From: Entomortierella parvispora E1425
Taxonomy: Eukaryota; Fungi; Mortierellomycota
Length of the DNA stretch: 64,000 bases
Assembly (NCBI GenBank): GCA_020891255.1
Contig: BQFW01000008.1
Coordinates: forward strand, 3,038,001-3,102,000
Reading direction: 5' to 3'
Part shown: piece by piece, positions 37,134 to 51,310 of the stretch
Position numbering within the stretch: the stretch's first letter is position 1
Layout: each line of letters starts with the position of its first letter
The notes under the pieces: generated by a model
What the model was told of the DNA's origin: nothing
Databases searched by the model: none
Seen by the model: the letters and a program-made list of their open reading frames with translations, nothing else
Program-made: the position numbers and the translations under genes

Positions 37134-39629
37134 CCTTCACTGAAAGGAGGGGGAGGGACGCGGTGAACGTGGGAGACGGGAAGCGGGGGAGTGAGTGCGT
37201 GAGAGGAGTGGAGGAGAAAGACGAAAAAACAGTCGGTGGAACAAAAACGATAATATTGTATGGTGGCTTTGAAAAATCAGGCACAACCTTGGTCAACACC
37301 TGAGCCCGACGCCCGACGTGTCCATGCTCAGCAGAGGAATAGACGTACACCTGCTCTTGTTACAACTACCACCTCGCTTTGTAACTTTTACGCTAGGAGC
37401 GGATGTTGTTCATCCCTGTTGAGTCCATGGAAAGGGAGGCTGCAAAGAGCAGGATGACTCACTCTCAAAAACAAGAGTTTAAGCGGATGAAGAGTTCTGA
37501 TCGCGTCGCGTCTACGGTGTGGATTGTCAAATGGTGAAGAGTGTAAAAGGGAGAAGAACCTCGAGTAAACAAAACATGGAGATGGCCAGACGTTTGAAAA
37601 AGGAATGGCCTCACAGGCAATACTCAGTCATCACTGCTTCTATGGTTTACTTGTCAGTTTGCCGCGCCTCTCCTCAGCAGATAGCACCCACACTGGTGGG
37701 CCCAGTGGTCCATTATGGTCCATTGATAGATATAGGCCATTGAACAGTAAAACTGTTGTTTGAAGGGAAAGGATTGTGTGGGTTTCGTGTGTTGTGGAAT
37801 ATCTGGATCAAAGAGGAGCGATGCTCTACTCAGGATATCTGCTCCTGTGAGACGTCCATTCCAAACACGGCGGCATTCATCGCGAAGTGAATGGCAATGT
37901 GGACATCAAAGCACGGCACCTGCCATCAAGGTCTGTCCTCATTCCACGACACTCATTGCTCATTCGCATGCCGCCTCCCGCTCTGTTCATTCGCTCGTGT
38001 GTTTGACATGAGAGCTCGCGTTTTTTTTTGTTTTTTTTTTTGATTTTATTATTGTACCTTCATGGTGGAGGAACGAACGAGTTCCTCCACCATGATCGAT
38101 CCTTGGTTCCTGCCTTAGAAGAAGGATGGACAATCTGAAATGACAGACATCCTGACACACGAAGGAGTGTCACGATGGGGTGGGGGATGGATTATCTTGA
38201 CGCCCCGCCATCCTTGTCTCAAGTTCAAGAATTAGCGTGACAATGGAAATAGAACTTCGAACAAAGCTGCCAGGGTCGAAGGATCCCTATATTCCTACAT
38301 TATGGACAGGAAGGGCAAAGGGCAAGAGGTGGCACCCATGCTGGAAGCACCTTTGTCGTAGTCTAGAGCAATATTCCAAGGAGGAGGGGTGGAGGCTGCT
38401 AATGTTGATACCGACAAGCCCTATTGCCATACCATTGCAGATCGCAGCAAATGAGTGTTCATTCATGGAAAAGAAGGATTGCTTTCCTGGTACATGAACC
38501 CCATCTCGCGGACAAAACTCCCTCTGGCCATATGAAAAGATTCAGTGGCGGCCCGTAATGAAAAAGGCTTCGATTGAAATCGGCCGTGCCTCCCGCGTCG
38601 TCTCGTCAGCCATCCCTCCGGAGAAGCGCATGGGCCTTTTTAAAAAATATTCGTCCCCCCTTGTCCGTTGTGTTAATGACCGGGACTGCGTAACCTGCCC
38701 TCTCCTCCCCTCCCTATAAAAGGACGACCCCCTCCCACTTTCACATTTTTCTCCTCGTCTTTTTCTCGGCCGCATTCGCGGTATCGAAGGCAACCCTTTG
38801 GAAGGTGGCTGATGGCTGTTGCTAAGCAGGCTGGCGGATGAGGTTGTAACTTGTAGCTGATGGCTTCTGTCGATAAATGCAGACTGGCGAATGAGGCTAC
38901 TTTAAGGTTGCAGCTGATGGCTCTTGCAGTTATAAGCGGCCTGGCGAATGAGGTCATCAACTGGGGGGCTGTTAAGATCGCCGAGCGGCTGGGGACTGAC
39001 CCCCTCTTTTTCTTATTATACGTAACAAACAAAAAAGCGATGGGCATCGGTGGGCATTTTCTCGTTCATTCTCGTTGTTCTCTCAGGTGCTCTAGTGCAA
39101 GGAGAACCTGACGTGATAATATGATTGAAGGAGGAAGGGGGATGGAAGGGGAGGAGGGGTTGAGGTCTCCGCAGGGCAGAGGCTGCAATCTGGTTCAAAA
39201 AAGTTCAGACACTCCACTTTCTTCAGTAATTGAACACTGCATGTGTGAAGGGATTCAAATGAATGCAAAGGGAATGTCGAGAGCTACATGCAGAACATGC
39301 AACAGGTTCATGAGCCACTTGGTCTGTGCGACGTTTCGTCTGCTGAGAGATTGGGTGCACAAACCACACGATGCACGCGATGCGACCAGCCAGGGCGTGC
39401 AGTCTCACGAGCCGCGTGCCTCGCCAAAAAAATCTTTCAGTCTGGCTTTTTTTTTTTGGTCCTCCGCCCTCCCGTCTCCCTGCCCCTGATGAATTATCTT
39501 TGATGGCACGGATCGACTTCGCGCTTTCACCACGTTTCAAGTCATCTTTGGCCTCCTTCCCCCATCGCGCGGGCTTGATAAAAGTGATTTTTTTTTAATG
39601 TAATATACTCTCTTTTACTGTGCATTCTA

Positions 39630-41255
39630 TCATTTCTTGAAGGCGATCCTAGGTCTTCTGGATCGCAAATTATGAATAAATGTATCCAGTGCCAGCTTGT
39701 CGGGTTTGACTCTGGAGATGTCGATGATAAGTACCGGAACATTGCTGCTTGCCAAATCCACATACTCCAGACTTGTCCAGTGCTCTGCCACCCACTCGGC
39801 TTCCTTGGACCCCATTCTGTAGACCGTCTTGGGTCCCAGTCCAAGCCGCCTCAACGATGTCAGGTTCTCAAGCTGACGTAAATAACCTCCAGCGCCGAGG
39901 ATGAATAGATCGACGGGTCCAGCTACAAAGTCCCATTCCTCCAATTGCTCGAGTTTGGCAAACTGGGAGAACATGTAGTCCATACACCGTTTCGGGAGCG
40001 ATTGCTTCCAGCTGTCGCCTTTGACGGTCGGGATACCCTGTGTCAATTGAGAGCCAAGTTGCAACTTCTTGAGGCCGAGGCACACCCAATCACGGCTGCA
40101 CATCTGATCAAACTTGTTGATGTCCACCGTTTGGACCGAGATCTCGTTCAGTCTGGCACGGACGGATTGCAAATGGGGGAGGCCGGTGACGAGCTCGTTA
40201 AATACTTCAAAATTCATCATGAGGTCCTGACAATGAACCTGGGTCAAGGACTGGGAGAGATGCTCGGTCATGGCCACCGCGGATTCAAACTTGAAGTGGG
40301 AGGATGTGATGGTGATCTTCTCGAGCCCAACTGCGCCCATACCGCGATCGGGGCCCATAACGCTCAAGAGGACGGGCAAGGGATCTTCCTTGAGTGAGTT
40401 GTCTCGGTTGGGTTGGAAGATTCGTAGCTTTGGGCAGGCGCCGTCTCTGAGGGCATCCTTCAACAGATCCACCGTCTCGGGAACCATGATGTTGAATATG
40501 TGCAACTCCTCCAATAGGGGACACTTCTTCAGCAATGGCACCATAATGGCGGCTTCTTGATCCGCAAGGGTTGTGGAGAGCTTCAGGGTCTTGACAGCGA
40601 GATCTCCCATTTCTTCCATGTCGATCTTGGCCTGTTCGTATTCTTCTTTCTCTTCGATGCCCTTGAATGAGTCTGCACCAGAGAAAGTGAGATACAGTCC
40701 TTCACACTGACGGCATGCGTTGATAACTTTTTGGATATGAGTAGGGTTGACATATTCCGTGCAGGTCATCTTCAGTTTCTGAAGATGGGTAAGCGATTGT
40801 AGCGAGGCGAGAAAATGTTGAAAGACGTCTGAATTGTCCAAGGCGAGGGTGATGGTCAGATTCTGCAGCAATGGTACCGTTTTCAACAGGAGGACGAGCC
40901 GAAGATCGACGCGAGCAGTATTCACATTGCCACTACTGCTATAGGCTCTAAAATGACCAGCACTTTGCTGAACAAACTGAACGGACTGCAGGTTGGGAAA
41001 GGACCAGAAATCTCTTGATTCGACAGCGAGGTCGATGGAGAGGTCCTTGATGACCTTGACGTGTTTCTGGTAGCGCTTGAGCCCGGGAATGTTTTTGAGG
41101 TTTGTATAGAACCTCCGTGTGTGCCAGAGGTGGGGAATGAACAAGTCAAAGGCCTTTTTGGAGGTGCAACACAAATGGAGAATGTTGCGGGGTGTAAGGT
41201 GCTTGATGAGCTCGGCGCGGATCACGGCATCATCAAAGGCATGATCTTTTTCCAT
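39630..41255 (-). CDS. F-box-like / RNI-like LRR protein
   Basis: 541-aa ORF with a divergent F-box (IRAELIKHLTPRNILHLCCTSK..FIPHLW), CPLLEEL and CPKLRIF LRRs, and the WVCLGLKKL motif. Confidence 0.8.
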   Translation of the reverse strand: MEKDHAFDDAVIRAELIKHLTPRNILHLCCTSKKAFDLFIPHLWHTRRFYTNLKNIPGLKRYQKHVKVIKDLSIDLAVESRDFWSFPNLQSVQFVQQSAGHFRAYSSSGNVNTARVDLRLVLLLKTVPLLQNLTITLALDNSDVFQHFLASLQSLTHLQKLKMTCTEYVNPTHIQKVINACRQCEGLYLTFSGADSFKGIEEKEEYEQAKIDMEEMGDLAVKTLKLSTTLADQEAAIMVPLLKKCPLLEELHIFNIMVPETVDLLKDALRDGACPKLRIFQPNRDNSLKEDPLPVLLSVMGPDRGMGAVGLEKITITSSHFKFESAVAMTEHLSQSLTQVHCQDLMMNFEVFNELVTGLPHLQSVRARLNEISVQTVDINKFDQMCSRDWVCLGLKKLQLGSQLTQGIPTVKGDSWKQSLPKRCMDYMFSQFAKLEQLEEWDFVAGPVDLFILGAGGYLRQLENLTSLRRLGLGPKTVYRMGSKEAEWVAEHWTSLEYVDLASSNVPVLIIDISRVKPDKLALDTFIHNLRSRRPRIAFKK

Positions 41256-41854
41256 GATGTATGTATGAAGAAAGGGGGATTGAAACTGAACTGAACTGTA
41301 GGGGGAGGGGGGAGGAGATGACGGAGAATAGACTGAAGAGAAGAGGAAGAAGTGGAGAGCAAGTCAGAGAGAGTGTGTGAGTGGGGCATCAGAGGAGCAA
41401 AGCCAGCCCATTTATACCAACGGGCGGACTCTTTTGATCTCTGGTGGCAACGAATGGGATGAAAAAAATGTGAGCACGGGTGTTCAGCCTTTGCCACCAG
41501 TTTCTTCTTTTGCGATTTTCTCAACTGACGTGCCTGTGTGGCCAGATGCTCTCATGGCAGCTTCGCCATCGTGTTACTTTGCTCTTGGTGTCAAAAATGC
41601 CTCTCCAAGCAAAAGGTCAGAGGCATGTACTCGGGTACCACTTTGGCAGCTGGCGTCGGCCACTTGTTAGAAGATACACTCGGGGTTGTTGTCTGCGGCC
41701 AGTCTTCACTCGCGCTGGGCATGAATGACAAGATCACATGATTCAATTGTTTGATGTGGTGCTTGTACGCAAGCCTCTGCGCCTGTTTCCTTTCTTCTCT
41801 CCCTTCCATCGTCCACAGTCGTTCCTTGACCCTTCCCCTTCTCCGAGCAAAAGG

Positions 41855-42987
41855 ATGTCACATATAGCAATCGCCGTCAACCCACTCGACCTTCCCGAGA
41901 TCCGACTTGCCCTTGCCGATAACCTTTCTCTCCACACTCTTTCAATATGCGTTAGAGTCAACAAAGACTGGTATTGGTCCTTCATATCCCCGCTCTGGAG
42001 GGAAATCACGCTCTCGGTCAATCCCGAAAATAAATGGCCCTTTTCGACTGGAAACACCACACTGGATCTAGCTGTCAAACACAAGGAGTTCATACAATGT
42101 TTGAACGTCGAAGGTATCATACCTCCAGAAGTCCTATCATTGAGTATTTCCACATCGCACTGACTATCATTTTATTGTCACTAGACCTCAACAAGTGGAA
42201 AAACGAGGAAAGTGAAGAGTTTTGGTCGGCCATTTCTGGATTTTCTACTCTGCGCTCATTAGAACTTGGCCAAGTATACGGCGCGCAGGCCATAGTTAAG
42301 CATGAGTCCATACAGCGTCTAGGACCACAGTACTCAAACTTGAACGACCTGGACTTTGACCCAAATATCAACTTGGCAAGTGAATCGTACGAGGAGATCT
42401 TGTCAAGTTGCCCCCAGCTACAGACCCTGCGAGGCGGTAATGTCAAGGCCGTGGTGCTAACAGAAGGACGATCTTGGGTCTGCACCAAGTTGCGTCTGTG
42501 GTCTCTTGGTTTGGACTTTGGGCCCGCCGATGACTATCGTGGGAAAATCACCAAGCTAACAGAGTCACCAGATTCGACTCCCTCGCGGTCGACGAAGGAA
42601 GAGGTGGGACAGTGGGTTGAACAGATGCGCAATCAAGTTTGCCTCCAGTTGTTTGGGAGAATGTCGCTCTTGGTCAACCTGCAGACTGCTGATTTCCGCG
42701 TAAAGAACTTGCGCGGCTGCCCGTGGCCGCTCCTGCTACTCGACCATCAGGACTCTGGCTTGGAGCGTCTGTTGCAGTGCCCGCGTTTGAAAGAGGTGAT
42801 GTTCGATTGGGACGAGTCAGAGTTGGAGACATACGATTGGATCAAGACTCATTGGAAGAACATCAACATCAACAGCCCTCCAGATTCAGCGGACGACTAT
42901 GATGATGATGAGGATTACGGATTCTTCGATAATGGAGGGTACGGGGACTATTCGGATTACTACACTTCGGATGAAGACTACTATTGA
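41855..42987 (+). CDS. F-box/LRR protein, tandem copy A (exons 41855-42113, 42185-42987)
   Basis: NPLDLPEIRLALADNL...CVRVNKDWY..FISPLW F-box, a phase-1 intron, CPQLQTL/WVCTKL/CPRLKEV motifs and an acidic Tyr-rich tail. Confidence 0.85.
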
Positions 42988-43249
42988 AAACACTCGATCG
43001 TGGTTCAGACAAGCGTTTGAAAAGCAGACGCCCTTTCATCAGCGGCAACCGAGTCTGATATGATGAGTGAGACGAGGAGCAGAAAATAAAGACAGAAGCT
43101 CAAAGATCAAAATCACCGCGCCTTCCCGTCTTTTGTTTGAGAAGTGCTCCCTCCCTCTCTCCTTTTCCTTTTCTCCCATCGAACTCTACAGATATCACCC
43201 ACAGACTTCCCTTGGACTTTCCCTCCTCTCCTCCAGGCAGTAAAGGATG

Positions 43250-44529
43250 ATGGATACCATCATTCATCCACTCGACCTTCCCGAGATTCGACTTGTCCTT
43301 GCCGACATCCTTTCCCTACACACTCTCACAGTCTGTGCAAGAGTCAACAAGGAATGGTATAGGTCTTTCATGCCCCCGGTCTGGAGACATACCTCACTCC
43401 AAGCCGAGGCCGAGAGGACAGGAGCCTCTTCAGCTAGAGCTCCTACCCTAGAACTAGCTATCAAACACAGAGAGGTCATACAAGGCTTGGCTATTCGAGG
43501 TAACATGTCCCCAGAAGTCTCATCGCCGCTGGTTTTTTCATCACGTTGACCCACGTTGACCATCATTCCGTATCTACTTTAGATCTCAACGAGTGGAGAG
43601 TCAGGCAAAGGAGGGAGCTTTGGGCAGCGATCTCAGGATTCCCCGTCCTACGTTCACTGGCTTTTCAGCAAACCAGTACCACACAGACTGTGGTCAAGCC
43701 TGAGACGATTCAACTGCTAAAGCCACGCTTCTTGCACTTGACCGCCGTGGATTTCCACCCAAACATCAACTTGGCGAGCGAGTCGTATGAAGAAATCATG
43801 TCGAGTTGTCCTCAGCTGCTGACCTTGCGGGGCGGCAATGTCAAGGCCTTGGTCTTAACACAAGGTCGGCCTTGGGCTTGCACCATGTTGCGCCTGTGGT
43901 CCCTTTGTTTGGATTTTGGGACCACAGACGATTATCGTAGGAGAATCGCTGATTCTGCTACAGGACCTTTGGATTCTGCTACAGGACCTTTGGATTCGGC
44001 AACAGGACCTTCAGATTCGGCAATAGGCCCTTCGGATTCAGAAACCTCATCATCGATGGAGAAAGTGGTCGAACAGCAGATCGAGCAGATGCGCAAGGAG
44101 GCGCGTCGCCAGCTTTTTGAGAGAATATCTCTTTTGGTCCACCTGGAAAGCGCCGATTTCCGTCAAGTCAACCCAATCGGCTGTTCTGGTCCTCTCTTGC
44201 AGCTCGATCGACATGAATCTAGCTTGGAGCTTTTATTACAATGCCCGCGTTTGAAAGAGGTGATGTTCGATTGGGACAAGTCAGAGCTAGAGACATACGA
44301 TTGGATCAAGACTCACTGGCAGCAGATCAAGGTCAACAGTCCTCCAACTTGGCACGACGACTATGACGAGGACGAGGACGAGGACGAGGACGGGTATGGG
44401 TCAAACGACAGTGATTTCAACTTATCGCCAGCGTACGAATACAGAACAAGCAGATATCATCACTGGTCAGACGACTACAGCTTGGATGATGATTATTATT
44501 CTGAAGACGACTACTACTGGAACTCATGA
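43250..44529 (+). CDS. F-box/LRR protein, tandem copy B (exons 43250-43499, 43583-44529)
   Basis: Same F-box and intron position as copy A. Contains a 21-bp (DSATGPL-like) x4 internal repeat and an acidic tail. Confidence 0.85.
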
Positions 44530-44755
44530 ATCTAACTACTTCCTTTCGGGTTTATGTCGATTGTAAAAGAATAAAACCCGGAGTCGCGTTTTGACGCGTG
44601 CGGCAGGTTGCACTCACCCCTGTTGATGGTCGATATCACATGATCCCTTTTGTTTCATGCAGTGATGGGGGGACAACTATTTTGTTTCCTCTTGACCATC
44701 TTTCTTCTTCCTTCCTCGTCCCTCCCTCCCACCACTCACCTCCAAGAAATATAGC

Positions 44756-46035
44756 ATGTCAAATACTGCCACTACCAGCAACCCACTCGACCTTCCCGAG
44801 ATACGACTTGTCCTTGCTGATGTCCTCCCTCTACACACTCTCACGGTCTGCGCAAGAGTCAACAAGGAATGGTATAGGTCCTTCATGCCCCCGCTCTGGA
44901 GACATACCTCACTCCGAGTCGATATCGACAAGGCAGGGAGCCCCTCCGCTAAAGTCACCACTCTGAAGTCCGCTACTAAGAACAAAGAGTTCATTCACAA
45001 CTTGAGCATCATAGGTAGCATATCTCTAGTAGCTCTCAGGCCTTGGTTTTTTGACATCATGCTGACCATCATTTCGTATACGCAATAGACTTCAACTTGT
45101 GGAGAGTCAGACAAAGGAAGGAACTTTGGTCGGCCATGTCTGCATTTCCTGTGCTTCGCTCACTGACGCTGCAGCAGACATACGATACACAGACTGTGGT
45201 CAAGCCTGAGTCGATTCAACTGCTAAAGCCACGGTTCTTGCACCTGACCACCGTGGATTTCCACCCAAACATCAACTTGGCGAGCGAGTCGTATGAAGAA
45301 ATCATGTCGAGTTGCCCTCAGCTGCTGACCTTGCGGGGCGGCAATGTCAAGGCCTTGGTCTTAACACAAGGTCGACCTTGGGTTTGCACCTTGTTGCGTC
45401 TGTGGTCCCTTTGCTTGGATTTTGGGACAATAGACGACTACCGTGGGAAAATCACTGATGCCGCTACAGGATCATCGGATTCGGCAACCTCATCATCATT
45501 GGAAAAGAACATTGGACAACAGGTTGAACAGATGCGCAAGGAAGTCCGTCGCCAGCTCTTTGAGAGAATGTCGCTTTTGGTCCATCTGGAGACTGTTGAT
45601 TTTCGCAAAATGAATCCAAAAGGTCTTTGTCAACCGCTCCACGTCGACCACAATGACTCTGGTCTGGATCGTCTATTGCAGTGCCCACGACTGAAGGAGG
45701 TGAGGTTCGACTGGGACGATTCCAATTTGGAGACCTACGATTGGATCAAGACCCAGTGGCTGGAGATTAAGGTCAACAGTCCTCCCGCTCTAAAGATTGA
45801 GGATGAGTTCGAGGATGAGGATGAGTTCGAGGATGAGGATGACGATGACAGCGAGTACGAATCAGATCTCGGCTCTACCGAGAGCGATGAGTATGGCTAT
45901 CGTCGAGGACGTGGTCCATATTGTGCCAGGTGCGATGAACACGGCTGCAGCCACTATGCAGAAGTGCTCGAGATCCGTCACCAGGAACGACGCTACCGCC
46001 ATGGAGGATACTCTGGTCGTTATGGTCGCTGGTGA
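44756..46035 (+). CDS. F-box/LRR protein, tandem copy C (exons 44756-45014, 45089-46035)
   Basis: Same F-box and intron position. Acidic tail followed by CARCDEHGCSH and an Arg/Gly/Tyr-rich end. Confidence 0.85.
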
Positions 46036-48223
46036 GCTCTGGACTGAGAACCCGGTCGCATCTCGCTACTCTGGTTTACTGCCTTCAACTTCCCTTCGTT
46101 TTTTTCCCTATACTCCTGCATGGACCCAGGACCCAACGCGATGTACCCAGTTGCCCTTCTACTTTGAGAAAATTACGGTAACACAGTTACTTAGAGCGCA
46201 AATGAATAAAATCTGTCTGCAACAATTGGTCAACCTAATGTTCCTATTAGAATCAGCATCGGGAACAATTGACATTGAGAGCAGGCAAAAGAGGGGTGGG
46301 GATGGGGATAGAGGAAGATGAGCAAAAAAGAAGAGAAAGCACTGTCGTGGACTATGTTTAGATGACACTTTCATGCACATCATCACTGCGCTCTTGTCTT
46401 ATCCACACCTGTATTGGGAGCAGATTACAGACTCTATTATCAGTCGTGTCGTCGACGTGTGAGTCAGGATCTTCTCATTTGGACACTTGGATCATAAAGG
46501 CTCAAGGTCAGTCGCCAATGGGCTTCTCCGCGACCATGTTTGGAAGATGATCGACTGTCTTTAAATTCGAAGGATTGATGCGCACAAAATAGTCTGCAGT
46601 TTTAAAATAAAAGATTGTCGAGTCGACTGCGCCGCTCCTAGGGGAGGGGCATGCACTCTTACAACGCACCCACCCACATCAGGCGGGCGTTGCCGTAAAG
46701 GCCACAAATACTGATATTCACCTTCACGGACCAAAGACCGCAGTGGACGTCTCAAAAGTAAAGTTTATGGTGGCGAATGCCTGTGTTGTTGCCAAGAGCA
46801 TCAACAAAAAAAAAAAAAGACGCGCCGCGCCGCGCCGCACCGGCAAAACCTTCTGGACCAAGCACAGGCAGCAAGGTGCAGGTTGAAAGCCCTCTTTTTA
46901 TTCTTTCTAGCCCAAAACAGGATGGACCTCCGTTCACAGCTCCGAGGAGACGTGAGTGGTTCAGGAACCGTTGGTGGGGCAGCTGGCTTTGGAATTTTCA
47001 GTTTTGCACGCGCTCCTCTTTGAGCTTGATCCGCCACGGCTCCACAGCAACTGCCTTTATTTTTTTTTTTATTTCTCTACCTTGGTGCGTGAGCACTTTG
47101 TCAACGTGCTTTCGAGCAATAAAGCCAATCAAGAAGGACCTCAAGGGTCCTCGGTCCATTTTTGACCTTATTTACCGCAGCGATCGACAACCTTGCAAAC
47201 ACAACAGAGGTCAATAACGGATAACCGGTTGAAGAAGCGGGATAGAGCTCAAGCAAGGGTGCACATTCCCTACTCAACTCTATGTTCCATAAAGTGCATC
47301 CACTGGGAGAACGAGCAAACCCATATAAGGAATCAACTCTCGTGTGCCTGTGCCTTGGCAAGTCCTCAAGTCCGAATTTGCCCTGGTAGATGCTCTCTAC
47401 ATGGCTTTTTCTTGCTCTCGTTGCCCGTCGTCGTAGAAATAATTGTTTGTTGTCCATGGTGCCCCCAGGCCAGCAGTCATTTCATCAATTGATTAGTGAG
47501 AGCAGTTCCCGAGTTGAGTTCCTTTTGTTGGATATAATAAATGGGGAACAGGAAGAACGACCGGGGGGCCAGAACCCTGCCGAGGCAGGTCGGTCAACAA
47601 GAACAAACATACCTCAGGTCCGCAGCGCTGTTGCTCACAAAACGTCCAGCCGCCTTGTTTCTGCAGGGTTCGTTCATACTGTACCTCATTCCAGCCAGAC
47701 AATGGTCTCGACTCGGCCGCGTGGGAGCAACGACAGTGTTGTTGAGATGCAATCGATGTGTTACGAACAAATGAGCATGCTGCTCAAGAGCAAGAAGGCA
47801 AGCTGACCCGACAAGGTCGCACCGCCAGCCATTCACCCTCGTCAACAAAACAAAAAGAAAAGAGGGGACAGGAAGGATCGAAAGAAGGTGCGCTTATTTT
47901 TGTTTGTGTTTGTGCGCTGTTGTGCACTGTTTTCTATTGTTATTTCCCTTCACTCCCTTGCCCTTCTCTTTAGTTTCTTTTCTCCTCCCACCACCTCATC
48001 CCCATCCCCCATCCCCATCTCCCTCATAGCATTGCGCCTCTCATCCGTGCTTCTGCAGCCTGCGTGGTGTCTGTCGTCCATTCTCGCAGACTGTTCTCGC
48101 GCCTCAGTTCGCATGCTTCATCCGTCGTCTCGTTCCATCTTCCAGTGAATGAGTTTCTTCCAACGGTCGACAATGACGCTTCTTCCCTCTCTCCCCCCTT
48201 TCTCTCCTTCCTCTCTTCGCTCC

Positions 48224-51035
48224 ATGATCCCTCTCGCCCTTGCGGTTCTCCTCTCCGCAACCTGCACTCTCCTGCTTGGGCATGTGGATGCTCAAACCGC
48301 CACCACCTACATACCTGTCGCCTACTCCGCCGCGGCTACTCTAGCTGATGGTGCCTTCTATATGTACGGCGGCGTTATCAAATTTGACGATAGCCCAACA
48401 GGGTTCAATACAGGCACAAATCAGTTCTTGCGTCTCGACCTCACCAAGTCTTTCTCAACTACGTCGCCGCCCTGGACTTCAATCCCCGGCAACTTGATCT
48501 TTACCATGATTGACGCAGCACCTAGTCAAATTGGTCAACAATTCATTATCTGCGGCAATCGTGACTACATTGGACAGCCTCTGTGCGGTTCCTACGACAT
48601 TGGTACTAAAGGGTGGGTCACACTCCCCAATACAAATAGTACGCCAAACCCGACGTACAAGCGATATAATATCGGCATGACCCTTGACAAGTCTACGGGC
48701 CTGGTGGTGGTCTATGGAGGTTTGGGCTATGCTGGTTTCTTACAAGAGATCTCGGCCTTGGACACCTATACAAACCCGGACCCTACCAAGTACCAATGGG
48801 ACATCTCGTTCAACCAGACCGTCATCCCCGCACTGTACGCGCCATTTGTGCTGTACCTGCCAACACTCAAGAAGACGCTCGTTATAGGTGGAGGCGACCG
48901 GCTCAATGCCACGACGGGATACGTGGCGAGGGCCGCATCCCTGGCTACTGGCTACTTGATTTCTGGAGAGACAAGTCAGAGCACAACGGATATTCAGACG
49001 CAGCCATTGACGTTTGCTGGAGGGTTGGCTAATCCGCCTCCCCCAAGATACCAAGCTTGCAAGGTGGTGATGGATGACGGAAATGTGCTCATTCAAGGTG
49101 GCAGGGATCCGACTTTGTTCTATGGTGATACTTGGGTTTTGAATGTGACGACCTGGGTCTGGACAAACATGACTGTGAACGGACCTGCGTCCAGTTTGAC
49201 CAGAGCTGGACATGCCTGCACGATGGGACCCAATGGCCAACTTCTCATTGTTGGAGGTAAGCATCCCAGAATGAAGAAAATAAGTTTATTGTTATCGGTA
49301 CGAAAATGGAAAGGATGGGCCATTACCCGGTGAGAGAGAGCGGGAAAGATCAAAAAAAGGTACTGGGTCCGAGATTCCAGTTGAATGAAAGCATTGAGAG
49401 CCTTTTTGCCCCCAGGGGTGCGGTGGGTGCGACCATGAGGATCGACCATCATGGAGACAAAGAGCAAGTCGATGCCGTTGAGTTTTTAGCTTTTTTTTGT
49501 GTCCGTCTGCGCCATGTTCCGTGTTCACGCTCTCTTGTCCATGGTTTATTGGGTCTGTTTTGGCCTATTCAGCCCTTTGCCGACTATTCTAACCTCTGCT
49601 TGGCATCGCCATTCTGCGCATCGCTCTCATAGGCTTCGTCATGCCCGCTGGAGTGTCCACATATGTCAACCCAGCCGTCATTATCCTCAATACCAAGACA
49701 TGGACCGTGACAGACACCTACAATGGAGCCGCCGTTGACCAGATCTGGACCCCTGGCCCAACCCCTGGCTCAACCCCTACAGGCACTGGCGGGAACAACG
49801 ATAATAGCAGCAGCAAGACATCCTCAGGCCTTTCCTCGGGGGCCAAAGGAGGCATCGGTGCATGTGTGGTGCTCATCCTGGTTGGCATTGTGGGATTCGT
49901 CTTTTGGAAGAAGCGCACTGGACGTGATAAGACAGCCCGCCATTACAACCAACCGCATGCTGCATCGACAGAAAAGAACTACACAGGCGGTGACGATCCT
50001 TCTGCGGGCTCTGGGGGCCTGGGCTCTGTATCGGGCGGAAGCGGTGCAGGAATGTCCCCCATTTCATTGCATTCACAACTTGCTCAGCACGTTCCTCCTG
50101 TGACGGGTTCACCCTTGAGCACCGCTGCACTCTCCACCGCGACCCCTAGTTCGACTGGACCTGCGATATCGTATGCCACCAAGCCTCAGCAACTGCCAGC
50201 CGGCGGAAAGTTTGGAGGTTATTTCGTAAGGTCGCAAGCGGGATCCAAGGTCAGTGACGAGGATTTGGCCTCGGCTATGGTCCAAGCTGAGGATAAGGTC
50301 GCTTCTTCACCACATCAAAGTCCGACCGTGCATCACATCTCTTCTTCGGCGCTGTCCTCCCCTTTGATTTCACAGGATGTGTACGCTGCAGGAAAGATGG
50401 GCCAGGGTTCCCCCAACACCACTGCGGGCACATTGAGCCCTCAAACCATTGCCCGTAATCCTGTCCTCACCTCGGGCACGCTTTCGTCCACGGACGCCTT
50501 TTTGAATGCCAACAACAACGTGAATGCGCCTCACAGGATGTTACTGAACCCCCAGAGTGTTCCTGAGCATGAGGCAAGAATTGAACGCACCTCCCCTGGT
50601 GTCAGGACCCATGTGATTCATTCTGCCGAGGATCTGGATGCCCAAGGATTGTACCCCCCTCTGACCGCCGATCGTCTCTATGGCTTTGGATCCACCATCA
50701 TTGGAACTCCTGCCCCCCATCCAAACCAGACTGCTGCCTCCTCGTTCTCGGCCGCGGCCGCAGCTGCTGTCGCCGATGCTGCCAACACACCGACGGAAGC
50801 ACAAGCGCAAAGGGCAAGCTATTTTGGTCAACAACAACAACCCTCTCCGTATATGGATGCTAACCAGCAGCAGCAACAACAACAGTACCAACCACCTCCA
50901 CAGCAATACGGCGCCCCTCAAACATCACCCTATAGAGACCCAAGGATGATGAGGGATCTTGATGATATCGCGAGAATGATCGAGAACCAAACCATGTCCG
51001 AACCCCAGGGCCCACATACCGTCCAACACTCATAA
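48224..51035 (+). CDS. Kelch-repeat single-pass membrane protein (exons 48224-49256, 49633-51035)
   Basis: Signal peptide MIPLALAVLLSATCTLLLGHVDA, Kelch motifs (FYMYGG, VVVYGG, VLIQGG, DTWVLNVTTWVW), TM helix GGIGACVVLILVGIVGFVFW+KKR, and a long disordered cytoplasmic tail. The intron is at the same position as in the 8.2-kb Kelch gene. Confidence 0.85.
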
Positions 51036-51310
51036 TCGACTTTTTTTTTTTTTTTTGGACCACCGTTATTTATTCAAAGCTGTTTCATGTATCCTAATAA
51101 ATGACAGCTTTCATTTCATTGCGCTATTTCAAAGTTGTTTTTGTTTTCCTGTTGGTTTTTTTTTATTGAAAATGGAAGGAATTTGAGTTATCATACAAGG
51201 GCGAGTGATATGGCGCAATGGTTTGGTGGGTGAGGTGAATGGTGATTAGAAAAAAAAAGAGTACAAAGGTGGGTGCAAGAGCTTGTTGGGCCATGCAGAG
51301 GACATCTCGC

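Noticed and set aside
38810-39000. Degenerate ~55-bp repeats (ctggcgaatgagg) downstream of a TATAAAA
   Set aside because: Reading frames are broken and there are only 2-3 loose copies, so there is no supportable gene.
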